Source: Candidatus Stercoripulliclostridium sp.
Lineage (GTDB): Bacteria > Bacillota > Clostridia > Christensenellales > DTU072
Direction: 5' to 3'
Assembly (NCBI GenBank): GCA_045631675.1
Contig: JAZQVF010000102.1
Location: 315-64,314, forward strand
DNA length: 64,000 nt
This document shows positions 9,244 to 18,074 of the stretch, one piece after another. Every line of letters begins with the position of its first letter. Position 1 is the stretch's first letter. Below the pieces are notes generated by a model that saw only the letters and a program-made list of their open reading frames with translations, made no database searches and was not told where the DNA came from. The translations under genes were made by a program, and so were the position numbers.

Positions 9244-10323
9244 TTATTTCTTCTTTTTCTTGTAGTTTACTGGGCCTTGTGCGCCATTCTTTTTATCTTT
9301 CTTGCTCTTTTTATTTTCAACAACTTGGCTTTGTGAATAAAGAACTTGAAGGACGTTTTCACTATTATAATCACCATAATTGGTCATTACCAATGCCATG
9401 TAAGAAAGACCTACGCTCATGCATAAGATCAATACAATGAAAGTAAAGAATCCGCCAATGAACATAAGTGCAACTGGTAAGAATGCAAATGCCGTCATAA
9501 ATAGTCCAGGAAGGAAGAATGTAATGGTATAAAGGAATGCATTCTTTAGTTTTTCTGCATACTTGAGATTTTTATCATAACTCACAACTTGTGGCACTAA
9601 ATTTACAAATACCATAGAAGAAAGTAATAAGATTATACCACCGATAATAACGGCAAAGTAATGGCCAACATTAAGATATCCACCCCAAAGTGCACCAACG
9701 AATTCAAGAATCAACTCTGCACCACCCGCAAAAAATACGGCGTAAAGAGCAAAAGTAAGCACCATTTGTTTCCAATATGCCTTAATTCCACGGAAATATT
9801 CCGTTACTGTCCTATTTACATCAGCGCCTGTCTTCTTATCTTTCTTTGTTAAAAATCTTTCTCCCCAAATAAGTTTTTGGCAAATGTATACTGCACCGGC
9901 AAAGCCAATTCCTAATACAGGAAGAAACACTGCTATTGCAAGCACCATAATACGATAACTCATAAGCATCATTACTTTTGCAGAAGCAATTGATGCGCCT
10001 TGTGAGAGGCCTAAGCCTAAGCCACCCATAAGATATGGAGTGTCGGTTATTGACTCAAGCATATAACCGAATTTTTCAGCACCTAAAATGGTTATAAACA
10101 TTACAACTGCAATAATTGGGAGTGCAAAGAGAATGGTAAGAACGTTAACCATCATAAGATCTTGAGAATTTGCAACGAACATGTCTTTAAATCTCTTAAA
10201 TCTTCCACCTGGGTATGGTTCTTTCTTTTCTTCATTACGTGCCTCTTGAGCAACGGCAAATGAACGAAGAAGAGCCAATTTTAATTCGCTAACTTTCTTT
10301 TCACTTTTTTGGTTATTTGCCAT
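9244..10323 (-). CDS. polytopic membrane protein, DUF624/YesL-like N-terminal region, Lys-rich tail
   Basis: 359 aa. FKRFKDMFVANSQDLMMVNVLTILFALPII resembles the DUF624 signature. At least 6 hydrophobic helices. The C-terminus is KKSKKDKKNGAQGPVNYKKKKK. Confidence 0.5.
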   Translation of the reverse strand: MANNQKSEKKVSELKLALLRSFAVAQEARNEEKKEPYPGGRFKRFKDMFVANSQDLMMVNVLTILFALPIIAVVMFITILGAEKFGYMLESITDTPYLMGGLGLGLSQGASIASAKVMMLMSYRIMVLAIAVFLPVLGIGFAGAVYICQKLIWGERFLTKKDKKTGADVNRTVTEYFRGIKAYWKQMVLTFALYAVFFAGGAELILEFVGALWGGYLNVGHYFAVIIGGIILLLSSMVFVNLVPQVVSYDKNLKYAEKLKNAFLYTITFFLPGLFMTAFAFLPVALMFIGGFFTFIVLILCMSVGLSYMALVMTNYGDYNSENVLQVLYSQSQVVENKKSKKDKKNGAQGPVNYKKKKK

Positions 10324-10401
10324 GATGACCTCACTACATAATTTGTCGCATATTATTATAAAACAAATCTCATTTTATTGCAAATATATTTATTTATATA
10401 T

Positions 10402-10430
10402 TTGACAATATTAAACAAACTTTATATAAT
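10402..10430 (+). promoter_or_regulatory. asd-dapA-dapB promoter (TTGACA, 17 nt, TATAAT)
   Basis: Perfect consensus hexamers with 17-nt spacing, about 35 nt upstream of the asd start. Confidence 0.6.
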
Positions 10431-10464
10431 TGAATAAATTATATATATGGAGGCTATCCAAAAG

Positions 10465-11454
10465 ATGAAAACTTATGTTATGGCCGTTGTAGGCGCAACT
10501 GGTATGGTTGGAAGTAAATTCTTACAAGTATTAGAAGAAAGAAAACTTCCCGTTTCAAAATACTACTTATTCGCTAGTGCAAAGTCCGCTGGTAAAGAAA
10601 TAGATTTTATGGGTGAAAAACACACCGTTATTGAACTCACTCCCGAAAACATAAAAGACAAAGGTATCAACGTTGCTCTATTCTCAGCAGGTGGTTCAAT
10701 TTCAAAGGAATATGCTCCTCAATTCGCAGCAATTGGCGCTACTGTTATTGACAATAGTAGCCAATGGCGTATGCACGACGAAGTTCCATTAGTTGTACCA
10801 GAAGTAAATGGAGATGCAGCACTTAATAACAAAGGCATTATTGCTAACCCTAACTGCTCAACAATTCAAGCAATGGTTGCTCTAAAACCCCTTCACGACA
10901 AATATGGTCTTAAGAGAGTAATATACTCAACTTACCAAGCTGTAAGTGGTGCAGGCGTTGCTGGTTTCAATGACCTAAAGAATGGAACTACCAACAAGTT
11001 CCCCTATCCTATTACTGGAAATCTAATTCCTCAAATTGACGTATTCCTTGACAACGGATATACCAAAGAAGAAGAAAAGATGATCAAGGAAACCAAAAAA
11101 ATTCTTGATGATTATACCATCAAAGTAACTGCTACTACCGTTAGAGTACCCGTATTCCATGGTCATAGTGAATCTATTAATATTGAATTCCATAAGCCTT
11201 GCACGCTTGAAGGAATTAAAGAGGCATTGTCAAACATGGAAGGTATCGTTGTAGTAGATGATAACGCCAACCTTAAATACCCCATGCCTATTTATGCAGA
11301 AGATCATGACGAAGTATACGTAGGACGTATTCGTCTTGATGACACCGTAGAAAGTGGTTGCAATATTTGGGTTGTTGCCGACAACATCCGTAAAGGTGCA
11401 GCAACTAACGCAGTTCAAATTGCAGAATACCTAATTTCTCGCGACGCTCTATAA
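10465..11454 (+). CDS. asd: aspartate-semialdehyde dehydrogenase
   Basis: VVGATGMVG Rossmann motif and active-site NPNCSTI. I prefer ATG 10465 (MKTYVMAVVG..., GGAGG 11 nt upstream). The ORF-track start at 10447 contains that SD, so the start is uncertain by 6 codons. Confidence 0.9.
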   Translation: MKTYVMAVVGATGMVGSKFLQVLEERKLPVSKYYLFASAKSAGKEIDFMGEKHTVIELTPENIKDKGINVALFSAGGSISKEYAPQFAAIGATVIDNSSQWRMHDEVPLVVPEVNGDAALNNKGIIANPNCSTIQAMVALKPLHDKYGLKRVIYSTYQAVSGAGVAGFNDLKNGTTNKFPYPITGNLIPQIDVFLDNGYTKEEEKMIKETKKILDDYTIKVTATTVRVPVFHGHSESINIEFHKPCTLEGIKEALSNMEGIVVVDDNANLKYPMPIYAEDHDEVYVGRIRLDDTVESGCNIWVVADNIRKGAATNAVQIAEYLISRDAL

Positions 11455-11469
11455 TACAAGGAGAACATT

Positions 11470-12348
11470 ATGTCTATATTCAAGGGTGCAGCAACTGCAC
11501 TTATTACACCTTTTGTTGACGATAAAGTTGATTACGACAATCTTGAGAAGTTAGTTCAAAACCAACTTCAAGGAAATATCGATGCATTAGTTATCAATGG
11601 TACTACCGGTGAGCCTACTACTATGACTCACAAAGAGCGCACTAAGGTTGCATCTACCGTTATTGAAATCGTTAATAAACGCATACCCGTTATACTTGGT
11701 GCAGGTTCAAACAACACTTACACCGTTATTGAATATGCAAAGGAAAATCAAGACCTTGGTGCAGATGCAATCTTAACAGTAACGCCCTACTACAATAAAT
11801 GCACTCAAAATGGTGTAGTTGCACACTATAAGGCAATTGCTGATAGTGTTGATCTACCTATCATAATGTACAACGTACCTGGAAGAACCGGTGTTAATAT
11901 CGCTCCAGAAACTGCCTTAAAATTGGCTGGTTACAAGGGTATTACTGCAATAAAAGAGGCAAGTGGTAACATTAACCAATTTATGGAAGTTGCTCGCCTT
12001 TGCAACGGCAAACTTGACATATATTCAGGAGACGATGGATTAGTACTTCCCATCTTATCTCTTGGTGGCATTGGTGTTATTAGCGTTGCTTCTAACATTT
12101 GTCCTCAATATATGCACGACCTATGCTATAGTTACTTTAATGGAGATATAGATACTTGTAGAGAAATGCAATTCAAACTCAATCCATTGGTTGATGCTCT
12201 CTTCTCTGAAGTTAACCCTATTCCCGTTAAGTGCGCAGCTAAACTCGTTGGTCTTATTAAAGATGATTATATGAGGCTTCCTCTCACTCCTTCTACTAAG
12301 GCTGATTATATTAGAGAAGAATTAATTAAGTTCGGTTATAATATCTAA
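11470..12348 (+). CDS. dapA: 4-hydroxy-tetrahydrodipicolinate synthase
   Basis: 292 aa. Motifs GTTGEPTTM and YNVPGRTG. AAGGAGA SD. Confidence 0.95.
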   Translation: MSIFKGAATALITPFVDDKVDYDNLEKLVQNQLQGNIDALVINGTTGEPTTMTHKERTKVASTVIEIVNKRIPVILGAGSNNTYTVIEYAKENQDLGADAILTVTPYYNKCTQNGVVAHYKAIADSVDLPIIMYNVPGRTGVNIAPETALKLAGYKGITAIKEASGNINQFMEVARLCNGKLDIYSGDDGLVLPILSLGGIGVISVASNICPQYMHDLCYSYFNGDIDTCREMQFKLNPLVDALFSEVNPIPVKCAAKLVGLIKDDYMRLPLTPSTKADYIREELIKFGYNI

Positions 12349-12352
12349 GCGT

Positions 12353-13102
12353 ATGAATATTCTAATCTACGGCATTGCCGGTACAATGGGTAAAATCGTA
12401 TATAATACACTCAAAAACCACCCAACTGCTAAGGGCGTTTGTGGTGTAGATAAGTTTGCAAACCAAACAGACTTTGATATACCTGTTTACAACAACGTTT
12501 TTGACGTAAAAGAAAAAGTGGATTGTGTTATTGATTTTTCCGTAAAAGCAGCCCTACCCGATATTCTTGCATACTGTACTAAAAACAACATTCCATGTGT
12601 ACTTTGTACAACGGGATATAGTGATGTAGAATTAGAGATGATAAACGAGGCATCAAAGAGCATAGCAACTTTCCGCAGTGGAAATATGAGCGTTGGTGTA
12701 AATGCACTTGTAAAACTCGTTAAAGAGGCTACAAAACTATTAGGAATAGCATCCGACATAGAAATTATTGAGCAACACCACAACAAAAAAGTTGATTCCC
12801 CTTCTGGCACTGCAATTATGCTTGCTGAGGCCGTAAAAAGCCAAATTAATGGACTTGAAATCATTAATGGAAGAGAAGGAATTTGCGGTAAGCGCAGTAA
12901 GAATGAAATAGGAATGCACGCAGTACGTGGTGGAACTATTGTAGGAAAACATGAAGTTATGTTCATCATGAATAACGAAATCGTTACACTAAAACACGAA
13001 AGTGAAAATAAAGGTATTTTCGCTGAAGGTGCTATCAAAGCCGCCGAATATCTAATCGGCAAGCCTGCCGGTAAATACAACATGCAAGATATGCTATTCT
13101 AA
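12353..13102 (+). CDS. dapB: 4-hydroxy-tetrahydrodipicolinate reductase
   Basis: 249 aa. EQHHNKKVDSPSGTA matches the DapB E(A)HHxxKxDaPSGTA signature. Confidence 0.9.
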   Translation: MNILIYGIAGTMGKIVYNTLKNHPTAKGVCGVDKFANQTDFDIPVYNNVFDVKEKVDCVIDFSVKAALPDILAYCTKNNIPCVLCTTGYSDVELEMINEASKSIATFRSGNMSVGVNALVKLVKEATKLLGIASDIEIIEQHHNKKVDSPSGTAIMLAEAVKSQINGLEIINGREGICGKRSKNEIGMHAVRGGTIVGKHEVMFIMNNEIVTLKHESENKGIFAEGAIKAAEYLIGKPAGKYNMQDMLF

Positions 13103-13106
13103 AACT

Positions 13107-13143
13107 AAAAAATTAGGGCTCATTGATATGAGCCCTTTTTTTA
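13107..13143. terminator. bidirectional rho-independent terminator (dapB / convergent lipoprotein gene)
   Basis: AGGGCTCAT-tgat-ATGAGCCCT hairpin flanked by an A-run upstream and a T-run downstream. Confidence 0.8.
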
Positions 13144-13146
13144 TTC

Positions 13147-14820
13147 TTATTTGTTAAACATTGTTTTATCAATCAATTCGTCCGTAGTATCAAATGAATC
13201 GTCACCCTTATTCAAAATAATTAAAATTTCATTACTGATTACTAACCTATTTATTATATCAACCATAGTAACGTCATTTCCCATTTGAGATGCTAATTGA
13301 TCTGCGCAAATAATTCCTCCACCATCTGCATAAGTATAAGCATACTGCATAGCGCCCACTAGACTTTCCGCATCAACGTTAAGAACACCTTTGAAAAATT
13401 CTTCATTGATTTTAAGACTCAAACTATTATCTTCCCAAATTTGGAACGAACCAAGAATATATGATAAGGTTTTAATAAAGCCCATACTTGAGGTGTTATC
13501 GCCACCAATTCTTATCATTTCTTCAATAAATACGTCTATATCAAATTCAAATGATAGTTCTACCCATTTATTTTCTTCAGTCTTAAAGTTCAAATATGCC
13601 ATATTGTCAAATGCGTAGAATTCCACGTATTTGCTTTCCGGGTTATTCATTTCTGTAACGACTATCATTAATTCATCGTTAACTTGCGACTCTGAAAGAC
13701 CATCGTAAATTACCCCCAAATTTACACTATATAGGTTGTTTTCATTACCATTTAGCATTAGCGCTCCCTCAACAACCAATGCAGTTTCATTATAACTAAT
13801 ATAGTTGGTAAATTTCTCTGCATTTTCTTTGGGGAAACCTGAGATAAGGGTATTAGATGCTACAAATTCATTTAAGTCAAACGATGCATTAAAACTCTCG
13901 CCACGGAAAATACTATCTTTATAATCACTTGCTGCTGCATCAATCGTTATACTACAAGTGCTAATTGAACCGTTACCAAGAATATTTTTAGTACCACCCT
14001 TAGTAGTCATATTCAACACAACGGAAGTGTCTGGCAATTGAGAACTAATTTTATTAGCATCAACGCCAAATACACTTTCAATAATCCATTCTATTGACGT
14101 AGTAAGTTCGCTATCTTCCCCGCTTACGTCAAGCAAGTTAACAACGTTTATTAACGTTCTTTTTAAATCTATTTCAAGAGAATAATTCCTTGTGCGCTTA
14201 CCATTCGATTCATCTTTATATTTATAATTGATATTACCCTTGGTAAATATATTTGCACTGATAACACCACAAAGCAACTTTACTTCTTCTTCTGTCTCCA
14301 ATCCCTCAAATTGTATTGGGAATAATTTACCAAGAAATGTGTCAACTAAAGGTATTTTAACCATTGCATCGCCATATTCAAGATATAAATTACCTGGTGC
14401 CTTATCATCTATGGGTTCATCTGCAAAATAATAGCAAGTTACAAAAGGTAGTTCTTCACCCGTTCTATACATTAAAATTCTAATTTCAGTATTTGACTTA
14501 TCTCTACTATCGTAGTTTATTTCAAAAACCAAATCATATTTTCTTTCATTAATTTCAATGTCAAGACCTACGTGCCAAGAGACACAAGGATTATTTGCAT
14601 TTAAACGAGTGGAACTTGCTGTTTTTGCCGTACCAATAAGAGTTTTTACAAGTTCTGTTGTAAAGTCCTCTATAGTTGCAGTTCCTTGAATAAAACCATC
14701 GTTTGGCACGTCGTTAGGTACTGGCGGTGTATTGCTTGTGCTATTATCATTACAAGCAAATACACTACATCCAATTATCACGACAAGCATAAACGATAGG
14801 ATAATACTAATCTTTTTCAT
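13147..14820 (-). CDS. orphan lipoprotein (no recognisable domain)
   Basis: 557 aa. Signal peptide with a lipobox-like MKKISIILSFMLVVIIGCSVFAC, followed by a Pro/Asn-rich linker. AGAGGA SD. Confidence 0.6.
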   Translation of the reverse strand: MKKISIILSFMLVVIIGCSVFACNDNSTSNTPPVPNDVPNDGFIQGTATIEDFTTELVKTLIGTAKTASSTRLNANNPCVSWHVGLDIEINERKYDLVFEINYDSRDKSNTEIRILMYRTGEELPFVTCYYFADEPIDDKAPGNLYLEYGDAMVKIPLVDTFLGKLFPIQFEGLETEEEVKLLCGVISANIFTKGNINYKYKDESNGKRTRNYSLEIDLKRTLINVVNLLDVSGEDSELTTSIEWIIESVFGVDANKISSQLPDTSVVLNMTTKGGTKNILGNGSISTCSITIDAAASDYKDSIFRGESFNASFDLNEFVASNTLISGFPKENAEKFTNYISYNETALVVEGALMLNGNENNLYSVNLGVIYDGLSESQVNDELMIVVTEMNNPESKYVEFYAFDNMAYLNFKTEENKWVELSFEFDIDVFIEEMIRIGGDNTSSMGFIKTLSYILGSFQIWEDNSLSLKINEEFFKGVLNVDAESLVGAMQYAYTYADGGGIICADQLASQMGNDVTMVDIINRLVISNEILIILNKGDDSFDTTDELIDKTMFNK

Positions 14821-14853
14821 TTCTGTCCTCTTTACCCCTTCCGAAATGAGATT

Positions 14854-16569
14854 TTATATTCTATCCTTAATAATCTTTTTGATGCCTTCCACGCAGTCTT
14901 CGAGTCTTAACGTATCCTTTAAACTTCCATCTCTAAGTTGAACTTCAACGATGCCGTTTTGTATGGAACGTGGGCTTATAACAACTCTTACTGGAATACC
15001 CATTAAGTCACAATCGTTAAACTTAAAACCTGGTGATACGTTTCTATCGTCATATATAACTTCTACGCCATTTGCTTGTAGATCTGCATACAACTTATCG
15101 GCTTGTTCACGAACGATAGGATCATCGGGTCTAAGCGCGCAAAGATAAACGTGCCATGGAGCAATAGCCATTGGCCAATTTAATCCCTTTTCATCAGCGC
15201 TTTCTTCAGCAATAGATGCAATTGCTCTACCTACACCGATACCATAGCAACCCATAATTGGAGTTGTAGCTTTTCCTTCCTTATTAAGAACGGTCATTCC
15301 CATACTTTCAGTATACTTGGTACCAAGTTGGAAAATATTACCAATTTCTATACCGTTTTGAAGTCTCAATGGCTCACCACAATGTACGCAACGTGCTCCA
15401 TCAGCAACTTTAGAGATATCGTGGAATTCGGTAATGGTTATATCACGATTAAATGAGAAGTTTTTAATATGATATTCTTCCCTATTTGCGCCTATAACCA
15501 TATTATTAGCGCCCTTTAGAGAATTATCGTATACTAAAACAACGTTTTCTAATTTATCAAGCCCTATACATCCAATATTTCCTGCGACCAATGAACTTCC
15601 TTCCAAACCAGCAGGAACTACTTCCTTACGAATAACTTTTTTAAGTTTTGCTTCATTTATCTCAAGATCTCCACGAACAAAACATACAACCGTAGTTTTT
15701 GAGTCGCCCTTAATATTGTAGCAAACTGCTTTTGCCGTCTTATAAGCAGGAATATCGCCCAAATACTTAGTTACTTCTTGTATTTCTTTAGCATCACCGG
15801 TGTAAATCTCCTCCATAGGAAGTTCAACTTCATCAGCAAAATTTTCCACTATGGATGTAGCAACTTCCATATTAGATTTATATCCACAATGAGGACATAA
15901 AACTAAAGTATCCTCACCGATGTCGGTAAGCAACATAAATTCGTGAGAAATTTTTCCGCCCATCATACCTGAGTCAGAAGTTACTGCTATGAAATTTTTC
16001 ATACCAATGCGCTTAAAAATGCGTTCATAAGCAGCGTATGCACGATAGTAATAATTTTCTAAGTCTGCTTGGTCAATATGGAATGAATAAGCATCCTTCA
16101 TTTTAAACTCACGTACACGAATCAAACCACCACGTGCTCTACCTTCATCACGGAACTTCGTTTGTATTTGGTAAATCATAAAAGGTAGTTGATTGTATGA
16201 ATTTACTGCATCTCTTGCGAATTGCACAGCGGCTTCTTCGTGAGTCATGCCGAGAACGAAATCGCCACCTTTTCTATCTTTAAAGCGTACCATTTCGTCT
16301 CCTATGGAAGAATATCTACCAGACTCATCCCATAGTTCACGTGGCATTACAACGGGGAACAAACACTCTTGTCCTTCTATAGCATTCATTTCTTCACGAA
16401 TAATGTTTTCTATCTTTTGAGAAATGCGTTGAGCGGGCATAGCAAGTGACCAAATCCCATTGGAAACAAGCTTCATATAGCCTGCCCTTATCATAAGTGC
16501 GTGGCTTTTTATAACGGCATCTGCAGGAGAGGTTTTCGTTCTCTCGCCTACTAGCTTAGAAATATACAT
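14854..16569 (-). CDS. proS: proline--tRNA ligase (bacterial type with editing insertion)
   Basis: 571 aa. Class II ProRS layout with the large INS domain. AGGAGG SD. Confidence 0.95.
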   Translation of the reverse strand: MYISKLVGERTKTSPADAVIKSHALMIRAGYMKLVSNGIWSLAMPAQRISQKIENIIREEMNAIEGQECLFPVVMPRELWDESGRYSSIGDEMVRFKDRKGGDFVLGMTHEEAAVQFARDAVNSYNQLPFMIYQIQTKFRDEGRARGGLIRVREFKMKDAYSFHIDQADLENYYYRAYAAYERIFKRIGMKNFIAVTSDSGMMGGKISHEFMLLTDIGEDTLVLCPHCGYKSNMEVATSIVENFADEVELPMEEIYTGDAKEIQEVTKYLGDIPAYKTAKAVCYNIKGDSKTTVVCFVRGDLEINEAKLKKVIRKEVVPAGLEGSSLVAGNIGCIGLDKLENVVLVYDNSLKGANNMVIGANREEYHIKNFSFNRDITITEFHDISKVADGARCVHCGEPLRLQNGIEIGNIFQLGTKYTESMGMTVLNKEGKATTPIMGCYGIGVGRAIASIAEESADEKGLNWPMAIAPWHVYLCALRPDDPIVREQADKLYADLQANGVEVIYDDRNVSPGFKFNDCDLMGIPVRVVISPRSIQNGIVEVQLRDGSLKDTLRLEDCVEGIKKIIKDRI

Positions 16570-16589
16570 ATATTGCCTCCTAAACTCAA

Positions 16590-16952
16590 CTATGCAGCCT
16601 TAACGATAATAGTTACCTTGGTGGACCAATCAGAGTACTTAACGTCCATTTCAAACGTACCTGCTTCAGTAAATTTACCATCTGCATCAAGTTTAATATC
16701 AGATAGATCATAACTAATAGCAGAAGTAGTTGAAACTACTTTAGTGGTCTTATTATCAAGAGAAGCAGTAACGGTTATGTATTTTGAATCAAAAGCTGAA
16801 CCTACAACAAAATTAGCATCGTTTGATACTTTAGCAGATATTTCATTGATGGTAGGTACAGGCTCTTCTTTGTTATTAGTACAACCAACAAAAGCAAATA
16901 AGGTAGCCATAGCGATTACTACTAAAAGAACAATTGCAAAAGATTTTTTCAT
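16590..16952 (-). CDS. small lipoprotein with Ig-like beta domain
   Basis: I trim the 144-aa track ORF to ATG 16952 (AGGAGA SD). This gives MKKSFAIVLLVVIAMATLFAFVGC, a lipobox, followed by a beta-rich segment of about 95 aa. Confidence 0.6.
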   Translation of the reverse strand: MKKSFAIVLLVVIAMATLFAFVGCTNNKEEPVPTINEISAKVSNDANFVVGSAFDSKYITVTASLDNKTTKVVSTTSAISYDLSDIKLDADGKFTEAGTFEMDVKYSDWSTKVTIIVKAA

Positions 16953-16985
16953 TATATATCTCCTTGAGAGTTTTGTATCCTTAAT

Positions 16986-17014
16986 ATTATAATACATATG
17001 CGCGCGCGTGTCAA
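16986..17014 (-). promoter_or_regulatory. promoter of the lipoprotein-proS-lipoprotein unit (TTGACA, 17 nt, TATAAT) with a (CG)4 spacer
   Basis: Minus strand reads ttgacaCGCGCGCGcatatgtattataat, with consensus hexamers. Confidence 0.6.
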
Positions 17015-17087
17015 CATTAAACAATATTAATATAACAAGTATTAAGGTTTATTAAAAGACAAATTCGTACTGATAAATAAAATATTC

Positions 17088-17115
17088 TTGACAAATCCCA
17101 ATTATATGTTATACT
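17088..17115 (+). promoter_or_regulatory. SRP RNA promoter (TTGACA, 16 nt, extended -10 TGtTATACT)
   Basis: ttgacaaatcccaattatatgttatact, immediately upstream of the SRP RNA 5' end. Confidence 0.6.
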
Positions 17116-17119
17116 AATT

Positions 17120-17385
17120 CACGTGCTATATGGGGAGCTAGCGGTGCCCTGTAACCTGCAATCCGCTATAGCAGGATAGACCACCCACCGAGGCTATCGT
17201 TATGGAAAGCCGACGCTTGCAAGGAATGTTGATACCAAGGTCTTGTGCAATTTCGGGTCGTGAACCGTGTCAGAGCTTGACCGCAGCAGCACTAAGCGAT
17301 TTTAGAAATGTGCCACGAGGTAGCTTTGGAGGAGTTACCTACAAGTGAGCCGATTCGGTAATGTTAGTCGGAGTGGGCGCACAAC
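17120..17385 (+). ncRNA. ffs: signal recognition particle RNA, large Bacillus/Clostridium type with Alu domain (~266 nt)
   Basis: GGGGAGCUAGCGGUGCCCUGUAACCUGCAAUCCGCUAUAGCAGG is nearly identical to the 5' domain of B. subtilis scRNA as I recall it. The domain IV context GAACCGUGUCAG...AGCAGCACUAAG is present. The 5' GUGC can pair with the 3' GCAC. It has its own promoter and terminator. Ends are +/- a few nt. Confidence 0.9.
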
Positions 17386-17390
17386 TTTAA

Positions 17391-17424
17391 AAAATAAGCC
17401 ACCTAATTAGGTGGCTTTTGTTTG
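17391..17424. terminator. bidirectional terminator (SRP RNA / convergent eight-gene operon)
   Basis: AAGCCACCTAATTAGGTGGCTT perfect hairpin with T-runs on both strands. Confidence 0.8.
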
Positions 17425-17456
17425 TTTTAAGTACCTTAATCTCAATTTTTAGGATC

Positions 17457-18074
17457 CTATTTTACAAAGTTAGTGTATATTCTTGATTCCCTTTCCGGCA
17501 AACCAAACTTTTCTTTTCCAAGTGCAATTGATTTCATTAAGAAGGTCATGTTTCTTGCAAGAAGCCTTAAGGTTTGAAGCCCTTCTTCATCTTGTACAGC
17601 TTGTCCCTTATCTCTGCCATGTAATGAATTCCAATACTGCGAAGACACAACGGGCATACCTGAAATGGTAAAGAATTTATTTAATTCATCAAAGGTTGAA
17701 GAACATCCCCCTCTTCTTGCCACTGCAACAGATGCTCCGACTTTCATACTTTTATCAAATTTTGAACTATAAAACGTTCTTGTAAGTAAAGACACGAGTG
17801 TAGAATTTGCTTGAGCATAATATACTGGAGATGCAACGATCATTCCATCAGCCTCTTTTAATTTTTGAGCGACCTCATTTACAACGTCGTCAAAAACACA
17901 TCTCCCATTTTGGGAACAGCTTAGGCAAGCGATACAACCTCTAATATCCTTACCGCCTACTTGCATAACCTCAGTATCTACACCCTCTGATGTAAATGTT
18001 TTTACGAGTTCGTTTACAGCAATCGTTGTATTACCATCAACTCTTGGACTACCATTTATTATTAAAACTTTCAT
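17457..18074 (-). CDS. iron-sulfur flavoprotein (Isf-like NAD(P)H-dependent FMN reductase family)
   Basis: Trimmed to ATG 18074 (GGAG SD), giving MKVLIINGSPRVDGNT. Compact cysteine cluster CIACLSCSQNGRC (Cx2Cx2Cx5C). The start overlaps the hflX 3' end by 26 nt. Confidence 0.75.
   Translation of the reverse strand: MKVLIINGSPRVDGNTTIAVNELVKTFTSEGVDTEVMQVGGKDIRGCIACLSCSQNGRCVFDDVVNEVAQKLKEADGMIVASPVYYAQANSTLVSLLTRTFYSSKFDKSMKVGASVAVARRGGCSSTFDELNKFFTISGMPVVSSQYWNSLHGRDKGQAVQDEEGLQTLRLLARNMTFLMKSIALGKEKFGLPERESRIYTNFVK

Noticed and set aside
12487-13083. 198-aa ORF antisense to dapB, and similar long antisense ORFs at 29090-29446, 32220-32621, 34646-35053, 37136-37465, 48200-48526 and 19827-20141
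   Set aside because: They lie entirely within well-supported genes on the opposite strand. They have no SD or promoter and give low-complexity, Ser/Leu/Pro-rich translations. This is the typical shadow-ORF pattern caused by codon bias.
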